Position numbers and translations under genes: made by a program
Notes under the pieces: model-generated
What the model saw: only the letters and a program-made list of their open reading frames with translations
Databases searched by the model: none
What the model was told of the DNA's origin: nothing
Source: Acidobacteriota bacterium
GTDB taxonomy: Bacteria; Acidobacteriota; UBA6911
DNA: 64,000 nt
NCBI GenBank assembly: GCA_963664705.1
Contig: OY761556.1
Coordinates: 1,024,001-1,088,000 of the forward strand
Reading direction: 5' to 3'
Shown: positions 40,681 through 49,682 of the stretch, piece after piece
Layout of the letters: each line of letters starts with the position of its first letter
Position numbering within the stretch: the first letter of the stretch is position 1

Positions 40681-40756
40681 GACTGCTGCAGGATACTGGA
40701 TGGGGGAGGCCGGATACAAGGTTCGGTCGTACCGAACTTGTATCCGGCTCACCAGG

Positions 40757-42358
40757 CTAATCTACGTCGGCGGTTCTGGAAAAGGGAAGCACAGCCTGGA
40801 GCCGTTCCACCGAGCTCCACAGCGAAGATCGCTTCAAGCTCTGAGCAAGGCCCCACAGACCGGTATAGAGGTATCCCCAAACGAACAGCAGCAGGAAAGG
40901 AATTACTCCATAGATCCCGAGGTCGAATGCGTAGAGCGTGACAAAGAGGAAGTAAAGTCCGAATGTGATTTCAAGAATAGTCGTGAAGCTGATATCGCCA
41001 CGGTACTTCTTGCTCATCCACTCTCCTTTGTTTCCCGCCACGGAGAATTTGGGTGTGCGGATAAATGCCGATTTGATACCGAACGCTCCCTCAAGAACCG
41101 CCTTGGATCCCGGGATTGTCATGCCAATCCCTACGGCCATCAGCCCAGGCAGGTAGGCGATGCGTTTCAGCCAATCCTTATGCAGTGCCTTCTGCGACGT
41201 GATGTAGAAAGTGGAAACACTGCTGAATGAAAGAATGAAAAGGGGCAGGTCGATCGTTAAAAGCTGAAACCAACCCTGGTTATATCGCACAACCAGTGCC
41301 GGGAAGAGAATCAGCGACAGGATCACCATCAGGGGATAGCTGATGTTTCCCGTAAGGTGATACCAGGTTTCCATCTTTTCGCCCGCATCAAAATTGCCCT
41401 TGAGGACCTTTACCAGCACCTTTTTGCAGGTCTGCATGGCTCCTTTAGCCCAACGACACTGTTGTGCCTTAAAGGACTGGATTTCAACCGGAAGCTCAGC
41501 GGGGACCGTCAGATCCGGAACAAAGACAAACTTCCAACCCTTCATCTGTGCGCGATAGCTTAAATCGAGATCCTCGGTCAGGGTATCGTGTTCCCAACCG
41601 CCGGCTTCCTCGATTGCCTTGCGCCGAAGGATTCCCGCAGTGCCGTTGAAATTAAAGAAGCGGCCGCTCAGGAACCGCGTAAAGCTTTCAAGAATAAAGT
41701 GACCATCGAGGAAGATGGCCTGGGTTCTGGTAAGAAACGAATATTCGCGGTTCAGGTGTTCCCACCGTCCCTGAACCATCCCAACTTTGGGGTCTGTAAA
41801 ATAATGAACGGATCGATGAAGGAAATCCGGTTCCGGGATAAAATCCACGTCAAAGACGGCAACGAATTCACCTTTGGCCGTCTTCAGTCCGTTTTCCAGC
41901 GCGCCGGCTTTGAAGCCGGTCCGGTCTACTCTATGAATATAATCAATGTCAACGCCCTGTTCGCGCCAGCGCTCGACTGCGTTGCGCGCGATCTTTTGCG
42001 TTTCGTCCGTTGAATCATCCAGCACCTGAATATCCAGCTTGTCTGCCGGGTAATCGAAGGCACATACGGCGTCGATCACCCGTTCGATTACATACATTTC
42101 GTTGTAAGCGGGAACCTGGACGGTGACCCGGGGCATTTCTTCGAATCGGGCTTTTGGTGCGAGGTCTCTCTTATGATATTTGTGGAATAAATACACCATG
42201 ATGTAACGATGGAGACCGTAAAAGCTGAGAATCCCAAGGATAACGAAATAGGCGGTCACGATGAACAAATCAAAATTGTCCATCTGGTATAGATACGAAA
42301 TATTGCCGCTGCGCAGGAATTTCTCGTACGGCGCTGCCGAGGAACCAAAGAAATGCAT
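40757..42358 (-). CDS. Membrane GT2 glycosyltransferase (cellulose synthase-like)
   Basis: DDSTD, KAGAL, DVD, TEDLD and QQCRW motifs. Confidence 0.92.
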   Translation of the reverse strand: MHFFGSSAAPYEKFLRSGNISYLYQMDNFDLFIVTAYFVILGILSFYGLHRYIMVYLFHKYHKRDLAPKARFEEMPRVTVQVPAYNEMYVIERVIDAVCAFDYPADKLDIQVLDDSTDETQKIARNAVERWREQGVDIDYIHRVDRTGFKAGALENGLKTAKGEFVAVFDVDFIPEPDFLHRSVHYFTDPKVGMVQGRWEHLNREYSFLTRTQAIFLDGHFILESFTRFLSGRFFNFNGTAGILRRKAIEEAGGWEHDTLTEDLDLSYRAQMKGWKFVFVPDLTVPAELPVEIQSFKAQQCRWAKGAMQTCKKVLVKVLKGNFDAGEKMETWYHLTGNISYPLMVILSLILFPALVVRYNQGWFQLLTIDLPLFILSFSSVSTFYITSQKALHKDWLKRIAYLPGLMAVGIGMTIPGSKAVLEGAFGIKSAFIRTPKFSVAGNKGEWMSKKYRGDISFTTILEITFGLYFLFVTLYAFDLGIYGVIPFLLLFVWGYLYTGLWGLAQSLKRSSLWSSVERLQAVLPFSRTADVD

Positions 42359-42527
42359 AATCTCCCCCAAAGTGTCGGGCAGAGTGTAGACGACGGGAGG
42401 TCGGGTGTTGTCACCAGAATGTCCTAAATTGTAATCAAATGTAATGATCGGAACATCCTGTGCATATTTGGATTTAGGGTACTTCTTGCAGCGCGGTACC
42501 CTGTATAATGGCAGGCGGAGATAGGAA

Positions 42528-43148
42528 ATGAAAATCCTGGAAATAAAGACGCTGGAAATCCCTGCTGTCAAGGTCATCCGGTTCGCACGTTTTGCCGATC
42601 ACCGCGGTTACTTTGCAGAGCATTTCAGAAAAAGCGATTTGGGGCAGCTCGGGTTTCTAAAGGGAGTGGAGTTCCAGCAGTCGAACGAAAGCTACTCGAG
42701 GCCGCGCACCGTTCGCGGACTGCATTTCCAGTGGAATCCGCTTATGGGCAAGCTGGTCCGGACGCTGGCAGGGCGAATGGTCGATATGGTGCTGGACATT
42801 CGGAAGGGATCCCCGACAGTGGGGAAAATCATTGCCTATGAAATGCCGGCAGATCTCCATGTGGCGTATGACGAGTGGATCTGGGTTCCGCCAGGATTTG
42901 CTCATGGCAATTATTTTGACAGGGAATCGAGAATCGAATATTTCTGCTCAGGCGAATATAACCCCGCGTGTGAAGCCGGCATTTCGCCTTTGGCCAAAGA
43001 TATCGACTGGTCTCTCTGTGATCGCGATCTGAAGCGTGGATTTGACGCGATTGTGTCGGAAGGGCCTCTCCTCTCGGAAAAGGATCAGCAGGGCCACACG
43101 CTGGCGTCATGGATGGCCAATCCTGCTTCCGGACAGTTTACCGCATAG
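42528..43148 (+). CDS. rfbC: dTDP-4-dehydrorhamnose 3,5-epimerase
   Basis: DHRGYF, RGLHFQ, DIRKGSPT and WVPPGFAHG motifs. Confidence 0.9.
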   Translation: MKILEIKTLEIPAVKVIRFARFADHRGYFAEHFRKSDLGQLGFLKGVEFQQSNESYSRPRTVRGLHFQWNPLMGKLVRTLAGRMVDMVLDIRKGSPTVGKIIAYEMPADLHVAYDEWIWVPPGFAHGNYFDRESRIEYFCSGEYNPACEAGISPLAKDIDWSLCDRDLKRGFDAIVSEGPLLSEKDQQGHTLASWMANPASGQFTA

Positions 43149-43160
43149 GTACAAGGATGA

Positions 43161-43517
43161 TTACCACCGCGGAGCACATTCATCTCTGCTGATAAAAGCC
43201 ATCGGGATTCCGGTATGCGCGGCGGAAATCATCCCTGTTTTACGCAATCCATAACCGCAGGAACTTCGATCCGAATCCGAGTAGGGCGCGACCACCATCC
43301 AGCCTTCTCTGCGAAGCTCCTCCAGCGCCCGCAGGCTGTCAGGCCAACTCCGTGTCGATGCCTTGGGATCGGCAAAAAGATCCGTCAGGAAATGCCATTT
43401 TCCTTCTTCTTGTTCCAACCATGCATATCGAAGCATCTGCGTGTCAGGAGCCATCTGATTAACAATCCCTCCAATTATTTTTTTTGGGGACTTCTGGGCA
43501 TTTGCTAATGCAATCAA
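43161..43517 (-). CDS. Hypothetical protein
   Basis: Fills the gap and contains ALEELRREGW. Start uncertain. Confidence 0.4.
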   Translation of the reverse strand: MIALANAQKSPKKIIGGIVNQMAPDTQMLRYAWLEQEEGKWHFLTDLFADPKASTRSWPDSLRALEELRREGWMVVAPYSDSDRSSCGYGLRKTGMISAAHTGIPMAFISRDECAPRW

Positions 43518-43786
43518 AAGGCCAAATCAAATCTGCTTTTAGCGCAATATTCGACGCGTCAGCTTAAAAACTTATTCGCCAATAACTTACAGGTGACGAT
43601 GTAATCCGGTTCGCGGACGGCCCAACGCTTGTCCCCTGTTTTTTTAGCCAGAAAGTGCGGCTTTTCGGCAGAGGTGTGCTCAAAATCAGCACTTCACGAA
43701 GTGGCACTACGGTGATTCCGGTCACTGCGCGCGCATGGATTATGGCTAGAATCAGCCATGGGACTTCAAATCAGGAGGCAATCAGG

Positions 43787-44635
43787 GTGGATAACAATCA
43801 GAGTGAAACCAATCGCCGGCTGTGGATCAGTTACCCTTGGATCCGCAATGAAGAAAGAGATTTTACCTATCTTCTGCCTCAACTGAAAGCCGCGAATTTT
43901 GAGGCGGTCTACGATTCCTTTCAACTGCAGCCAAACTCTCAATTAGGCGAAAGAGTCGTTCAGCGACTGCGCAGCATCGGCTTCGATGGCTGGCTGTATA
44001 TCCTCACCCACCAGTGTTTCACCCGGCGCAACTATACTGACGAATTGACCGGCGCCATTGATCAGACGCTTGTTCAAATGGGATCGGACTTTCCAATAGC
44101 CGGACTGATGTACGGCATTGCCTCGCAACAGGTGCCTCCGGTTCTCAGGGTCCTGCCGTGCATATCGCTTGGTGATCCGGATTGGAAACGGCAATTGTCC
44201 CGCGTCCTGGGGAGCGACACCATGCAAGCCAAGAAGGATCATGCAAAGAACGAACCCCGTTTTGTCTGGAAGGTCCATTCCTGTTATGACGGCGATCCCT
44301 CGATGACGGCTATAGAAGTTCATACGAGAGGGGACCGCCTGCAGTATTGGCGGTTTGCAGCTCCAAAAAATGCGAAGATTGTTCGATGGGGGCAGGGGCG
44401 GTCCGGCGGCGGAGAGATATCGCGCGTGGTGTTTGCCGAGGCGAAAGGCTCCGGCCGATACGATAACCGCGACGTATTGTGGTTCGGCGCCGCGAACACC
44501 GTATCCGAAACCGAGAGTGCCTATGCGGTATTCTCCGGACCGCTTCCTGATTTCATCTGTTTTGGCCCTTCGCAAAGTCCCTTCGGTTCCCCGGGAACCA
44601 TGGAAGCATTCTGGCCCGGCCTGCAAAAGAACTAG
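43787..44635 (+). CDS. TIR-like domain protein with unknown C-terminal beta domain
   Basis: AGGAGG RBS and GTG start. LWISY..., YD...QPNSQLGE and YTDEL match the TIR layout. Confidence 0.6.
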   Translation: MDNNQSETNRRLWISYPWIRNEERDFTYLLPQLKAANFEAVYDSFQLQPNSQLGERVVQRLRSIGFDGWLYILTHQCFTRRNYTDELTGAIDQTLVQMGSDFPIAGLMYGIASQQVPPVLRVLPCISLGDPDWKRQLSRVLGSDTMQAKKDHAKNEPRFVWKVHSCYDGDPSMTAIEVHTRGDRLQYWRFAAPKNAKIVRWGQGRSGGGEISRVVFAEAKGSGRYDNRDVLWFGAANTVSETESAYAVFSGPLPDFICFGPSQSPFGSPGTMEAFWPGLQKN

Positions 44636-44709
44636 GATAAAGGAGACGGGAGTCACTGTCTCCTATCTCCTTTCTTCCATCTCACATCATTCCATGATAA
44701 ACATGACGC

Positions 44710-46056
44710 GTGGACCTGTTTGCGCAGCGCAAAATATATTCAGTTTACGATGTCACCTCCGAAATAAAGCGATCGCTGGATAAGCTTGGCATTATTTGGG
44801 TTCAGGGGGAGATCTCCAATTTCAAGCATCATTCCTCCGGCCACATGTATTTCTCGCTGAAAGACCAGCGCGCGCAGATGAAGGGCGCCTGTTTCCGCAA
44901 CAACAATATGTATCTGAAATTCCGTCCTGAAGACGGGATGGAAGTTGTGGTGCGCGGACGTTTAAGCGTTTATGAGCCCAGGGGCGACTATCAGATCATT
45001 GTGGAGTACATGGAGCCTGTAGGCTTGGGTTCGTTGCAGCTTGCCTTTGATCAGCTGAAGGAGAAGCTGCGCAAAGAAGGTTTGTTTGATGAGACCCACA
45101 AGATTCCATTGCCGCTCCTGCCGAAAAAAGTCGGCATCGTGACCTCTCCCACGGGGGCAGCCGTCCGGGACATGCTGCGGATTCTCAAGCGACGCAATGC
45201 CTCGTTGGATGTCCTGATCTATCCCGCCAGAGTGCAGGGTGCGGGGGCGGCGGAGGAGATTGCCGCGGGTATTCGGTATCTCAATAACCGGAAGGATATT
45301 GATGTCATCATTGCCGGACGCGGTGGCGGGTCGATTGAAGATCTGTGGGCCTTCAATGAGGAGATTGTGGCCCGGGCTATTTATGGTTCCGAGCTTCCTC
45401 TGGTATCAGCCGTCGGCCATGAAGTGGATTATACGATCGCCGATTTTGTCGCGGATCTTCGTGCCCCGACTCCGTCTGCCGCTGCCGAAATGGTATCCGG
45501 CGCCAGGGAAGATCTGCGCGCTACTGTCCTGTCGTTCAGAGGCCGCCTGAATCAGGCGATGCACCGCGGATTGGAACGACGCCGTCTGAATCTCGAACGG
45601 TTGGCGCATAACAAGGCCTTCATGGTGGCTCCGAATAAAATCCGGGATCTGCAGCAGCGATTCGATGAAAGTACCATGCGGATGGCGGCGTCGATGCAGC
45701 GCTTTGCTTCAAGGGTGCGACACCGGGAACAGATGCTGGCGACACGCCTGATCAAAATAGATTTGCGCCGCCTGATCCGGCACAAGGGAGACATCCTGGT
45801 TCATTCCCGCAACCGACTGATTGCAGGAATGAAGACACGGTTGCACATCGGGCATACTCGTTTCGAGATAGCCGTCGGGAAAATGGATGCCTTGAGCCCT
45901 CTGGCAATTCTCAAGCGCGGGTATTCTATCTGCCGCGATGAACACGGCGCGCTCGTCAAGAATGCAGCGGAGATGTCGCAGGGCGACAGCATCACGGTCA
46001 CTCTTTCCGCAGGCCAGCTGGACTGTGAAGTGCGTAAAATTACGGCTTCCGAGTGA
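44710..46056 (+). CDS. xseA: Exodeoxyribonuclease VII large subunit
   Basis: GEISNF, SGHMYFSLKD, RGGGSIEDLWAFNEE and GHEVD motifs. Confidence 0.97.
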   Translation: MDLFAQRKIYSVYDVTSEIKRSLDKLGIIWVQGEISNFKHHSSGHMYFSLKDQRAQMKGACFRNNNMYLKFRPEDGMEVVVRGRLSVYEPRGDYQIIVEYMEPVGLGSLQLAFDQLKEKLRKEGLFDETHKIPLPLLPKKVGIVTSPTGAAVRDMLRILKRRNASLDVLIYPARVQGAGAAEEIAAGIRYLNNRKDIDVIIAGRGGGSIEDLWAFNEEIVARAIYGSELPLVSAVGHEVDYTIADFVADLRAPTPSAAAEMVSGAREDLRATVLSFRGRLNQAMHRGLERRRLNLERLAHNKAFMVAPNKIRDLQQRFDESTMRMAASMQRFASRVRHREQMLATRLIKIDLRRLIRHKGDILVHSRNRLIAGMKTRLHIGHTRFEIAVGKMDALSPLAILKRGYSICRDEHGALVKNAAEMSQGDSITVTLSAGQLDCEVRKITASE

Positions 46057-46075
46057 TGGTTCGTCTCCTGGTCAT

Positions 46076-46124
46076 CATTCGCAATTCGTCATTCGTAATT
46101 CGTAATTCGTAATTCGTCATTCGT
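46076..46124. repeat. Heptamer tandem repeat (MATTCGT), 7 copies
   Basis: cattcgc aattcgt cattcgt aattcgt aattcgt aattcgt cattcgt. Confidence 0.85.
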
Positions 46125-46134
46125 AGAGGTGCAT

Positions 46135-46386
46135 ATGGAGGAACTGAAGGTAAAGGACTTTGAGTCGGCTTTGAAGTCGCTCGAAGATATTGTGGGACAG
46201 CTCGAGGCCGGCGATTTGACGCTGGATCGGGCACTGGAACTGTTCGAAGAGGGAATCCGGGTCAGTCGATTCTGCGGTTCAAAACTGGATGAGGCCGAGC
46301 GCAAGGTAGAGGTTCTTATCAAGTCGGCCGACGGCACGCTGAAGGAAACTCCTTTTTCGGAAGATATTGAATCGACTGAGTCCTGA
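46135..46386 (+). CDS. xseB: Exodeoxyribonuclease VII small subunit
   Basis: FESALKSLEDIV..LE.G..LD..L..FEEG pattern, downstream of xseA. Confidence 0.95.
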   Translation: MEELKVKDFESALKSLEDIVGQLEAGDLTLDRALELFEEGIRVSRFCGSKLDEAERKVEVLIKSADGTLKETPFSEDIESTES

Positions 46387-46396
46387 TACGGGTACC

Positions 46397-47281
46397 ATGG
46401 AAATAACAGCATATATTGCAGAGTCCAAGAAACTGGTCGACGCATTTCTGGAACGATTGCTCCCTCCGGAAAACCAGGCGCCGGTGACGATCCATAAAGC
46501 GATGCGGCATTCGGTCTTTGCCGGCGGCAAGCGTGTACGACCTATCCTCGTGCTCGCCTCCGGGGAAAGCCTGTCTGGAAACCGGGATACGCTGCTTCAC
46601 GTAGGCGCCGCAATCGAAATGATGCACACCTATTCATTAATCCATGACGATCTGCCGGCGCTTGACAACGACGATTTGCGGCGAGGGATTCCAACCTGCC
46701 ATAAGGTCTTCGGAGAAGCCATGGCCATTCTGGCCGGCGATGCGCTGATGACGCGCTGTTATCAACTGCTGACCGAAATTCCCGGCGTGCCCGATTCCAC
46801 AAGTGTGAGCATTACGCGCGAAATTTCCTATGCGACAGGCACGGTCGAAGGGATGGTTGGCGGGCAGGTGGTCGACCTTGAATCCGAGGGCAAGCCGATC
46901 ACGCCGACGGAACTGGAATATATCCATCGATCGAAAACCGGCGCGCTGCTCAAAGCCAGCGTCCGCTGCGGTGCGCTGGCAGCGGGAGCCAATGAGGCAC
47001 AGTTGACTGCGCTCAGCGGATTCGGCGCCAAGCTCGGACTGGTTTTTCAAATTGTCGACGATATCCTGGATGTCACCTCCAGCAGCGAGGTGCTGGGGAA
47101 GACCGCGGGGAAGGATGAGAAGGTCAAAAAGGCAACTTATCCCGCGTTGTACGGCATCGAGGCCTCAACGCGGAAAGCCCGGGACCTTGTCGCTGCAGCT
47201 TTGGAAGATATCCGTGGATTCGGAAAGGAAGCGGAGGCCCTCCGGAACCTGGCGCAATTTGTCATCAGCCGGACTGCTTGA
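46397..47281 (+). CDS. ispA: Farnesyl/geranylgeranyl diphosphate synthase
   Basis: GGKRVRP, HDDLPALDNDDLRRG and FQIVDDILD motifs. Confidence 0.92.
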   Translation: MEITAYIAESKKLVDAFLERLLPPENQAPVTIHKAMRHSVFAGGKRVRPILVLASGESLSGNRDTLLHVGAAIEMMHTYSLIHDDLPALDNDDLRRGIPTCHKVFGEAMAILAGDALMTRCYQLLTEIPGVPDSTSVSITREISYATGTVEGMVGGQVVDLESEGKPITPTELEYIHRSKTGALLKASVRCGALAAGANEAQLTALSGFGAKLGLVFQIVDDILDVTSSSEVLGKTAGKDEKVKKATYPALYGIEASTRKARDLVAAALEDIRGFGKEAEALRNLAQFVISRTA

Positions 47282-47284
47282 TCC

Positions 47285-48070
47285 ATGAAACGACGCATCG
47301 ATCTGGTGCTGGTGGAGCGCGGCTTCGCCGAGAGCCGGCACAAGGCGCAGGCTTTGCTCCTGGCGGGACAGGTTTTGGTTCAGGAGCAGAAGATCGAGAA
47401 GCCGGGCCAGCTGATCGATCCCGAAGCCCCGATACGCATTCTTGGGCAAATCCCATTTGTCAGCAGGGCCGGTGGCAAATTGCAGGCTGCGCTGGATTAC
47501 TTTCATATTCCCGTTGATGGAAAAATATGCGCCGACCTGGGAGCCTCGACCGGCGGCTTCACCGATTGCCTGCTTCAGTATGGCGCAGCCAGAGTGTACG
47601 CATTCGATGTCGGGAAAGGGCAATTGGCTTGGAAGCTGCAATCCGACTCGCGCGTCATCGTTCGGGATGAATTCAACGTTCGCAACCTGAGCCCGGCCGA
47701 CCTTCCCGAAGCCGTTCAGGTTGTCACCATGGATCTCTCCTTCATATCTGTTACCAAAGTGTTGCCCGCACTCCGGTCCGCGCTGATTTCCGGCCGTGCA
47801 GGCTCAAATGAAACGTGTCAGGAACCGCCCGTCGATGTTATTGTTCTAGTCAAACCTCAATTTGAGGTTGGAAAAGGAGAGGTCGGGAAGGGGGGCATCG
47901 TACGCGACCAATCCAAGCGCCTTCAGGCATTGGATGGGATCAAAGCGTTTGCTTCTCACGAAGGATTCCACGTTCAGGGCAGCATTCCGTCGCCGGTGCC
48001 CGGAGCCGAGGGGAACGAGGAATTTTTGTTACATCTTCGGCTTGCAAAAGGTCTATTATCCTTGCCATGA
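47285..48070 (+). CDS. tlyA: TlyA family rRNA methyltransferase
   Basis: S4-like N-terminus, VSRAGGKL, GASTGGFTD and KPQFE motifs. Confidence 0.93.
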   Translation: MKRRIDLVLVERGFAESRHKAQALLLAGQVLVQEQKIEKPGQLIDPEAPIRILGQIPFVSRAGGKLQAALDYFHIPVDGKICADLGASTGGFTDCLLQYGAARVYAFDVGKGQLAWKLQSDSRVIVRDEFNVRNLSPADLPEAVQVVTMDLSFISVTKVLPALRSALISGRAGSNETCQEPPVDVIVLVKPQFEVGKGEVGKGGIVRDQSKRLQALDGIKAFASHEGFHVQGSIPSPVPGAEGNEEFLLHLRLAKGLLSLP

Positions 48071-48927
48071 CGCGTCAGATACACACAATCGGCATCATCC
48101 TGAAAAAGCAGGACTCAAGAGTTCAACACATCCTGAAAGACATACTCCCCTGGCTGCAATCCCGGAATCTCGAGATCCTGGTTGATCGGGAATCCGCTGA
48201 ACAGTGCCCGCCCGGATTATCCCTGGTTCCTTCGGAAGAGCTTGCCCGGCGGTCTGATGTAGTCGCCGTGTTTGGAGGGGACGGGACGATGCTGTACGCC
48301 GCCCGCATGGTTGGAGCCAACCGGACGCCTATTTTCGGTGTCAACCTGGGTTCCCTGGGATTCCTGACCGAGGTGACCCTCGATGCCATGCAGGAGGCTT
48401 TTGAACTTCTCCTTTCCGGTCGCTACGAACTCGAAGAACGCGTAATGTTGAATGTGGATGTGGTGCGGGACGGCCAGGTTGTATCTCAATACCTCGCGTT
48501 GAATGATGCTGTCATCAACAAGGGCGCGCTGGCGCGCATCATTGAGCTGGAGGTGAGTGTCAATTCACAGCCGGTGCTCTTTACGCGTGCCGATGGCTTG
48601 ATCGTATCCACTCCAACCGGATCTACGGCTTATTCACTGGCCGCCGGCGGACCCATTCTCTATCCGACCCTCGATGCCGTGATCATCGCTCCGATTTGTC
48701 CTCATACCTTGAGCAACCGCCCGGTCGTGATACCGGACAAGCTGCCCGTCACAATCTGCCTGCGCCGCGGGACGGAGGTTATGCTTACCGTAGATGGCCA
48801 GGTCGGGACGCCGCTGAAACCGCAGGATTGCCTTATGATTCGACGGGCTGAAGCAACCATGCAGCTGGTATTGCCGTTTGGGAATACCTTCTTCAAGCTG
48901 TTGAGAGAGAAGTTGCGCTGGGGATAA
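48067..48927 (+). CDS. nadK: NAD kinase
   Basis: GGDGT, LNDAV and TPTGSTAYSLAAGGP motifs. Confidence 0.95.
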   Translation: MTRQIHTIGIILKKQDSRVQHILKDILPWLQSRNLEILVDRESAEQCPPGLSLVPSEELARRSDVVAVFGGDGTMLYAARMVGANRTPIFGVNLGSLGFLTEVTLDAMQEAFELLLSGRYELEERVMLNVDVVRDGQVVSQYLALNDAVINKGALARIIELEVSVNSQPVLFTRADGLIVSTPTGSTAYSLAAGGPILYPTLDAVIIAPICPHTLSNRPVVIPDKLPVTICLRRGTEVMLTVDGQVGTPLKPQDCLMIRRAEATMQLVLPFGNTFFKLLREKLRWG

Positions 48928-48958
48928 GGATACAAGATCGTCCGCGCCGCGCGGATGA

Positions 48959-49579
48959 CTAACGACTTTTCAATTCCCGAAGAAGGTCAATGCCGGACTG
49001 CCGGCAAAGCTGCTGAAATACCACAATCGGAAATCCCACGATATTGAAGTAGCAGCCTTCGATGCGGTCAATCAGCAGGGACGCATAGCCTTGGACGCCA
49101 TAGGCTCCTGCCTTGTCGTGGTGTTCTCCGGTTTGGAGATACCACGCGATATCCTCTGGAGACAGCCTGCGGAAGTGTACCCGTGAGATGCCGTAGCTTG
49201 ATCGCGTGCGTTCAAGATCACAATCGATCAGACAAATGCCGGAAATGACCTCATGCCAGCGTCCGCTCAAACGTTGCAGCATGGAGCGCGCTTCCGCCTG
49301 GTTTTCCGGTTTTCCAAGAATCATGCTTCCCAGGACAACAATGGTGTCCACGCCTATGACCAGGCCGGAATCGTGTCTGGATGCAATTTCGGATGCTTTC
49401 AAATGTGCGATGCGGACCGCATAGTCGGAAGCAGTTTCGCGCGATTTGCGCGGCGGTTCCGGTATGTGGCTTGGTTCTACGCGAAACTGCAGCCCGAGGC
49501 GCTTCAGTATCTCGCGTCGCCGCGGGGAAGCGGAAGCCAGAATCCATCCTGATTGGTCTGCCTTCTTAGGTTTCATCAA
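48959..49579 (-). CDS. maf: Maf family nucleoside triphosphate pyrophosphatase
   Basis: ILASASPRR, DTIV, GKP and DKAGAYG motifs. Confidence 0.94.
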   Translation of the reverse strand: MMKPKKADQSGWILASASPRRREILKRLGLQFRVEPSHIPEPPRKSRETASDYAVRIAHLKASEIASRHDSGLVIGVDTIVVLGSMILGKPENQAEARSMLQRLSGRWHEVISGICLIDCDLERTRSSYGISRVHFRRLSPEDIAWYLQTGEHHDKAGAYGVQGYASLLIDRIEGCYFNIVGFPIVVFQQLCRQSGIDLLRELKSR

Positions 49580-49594
49580 TCTGCAATTTTACCT

Positions 49595-49630
49595 AAAAAA
49601 AAGGAGAACACGGAAATTTCCGTGTTCTCC
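49595..49630 (-). terminator. Rho-independent terminator
   Basis: GGAGAACACGG/CCGTGTTCTCC stem with a T8 tail on the minus strand. Confidence 0.8.
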
Positions 49631-49682
49631 GTCGTGTTTTCGCTACTTCTGCGAGTTCCGCCTTCTTCCGTGGATTTCGTGT

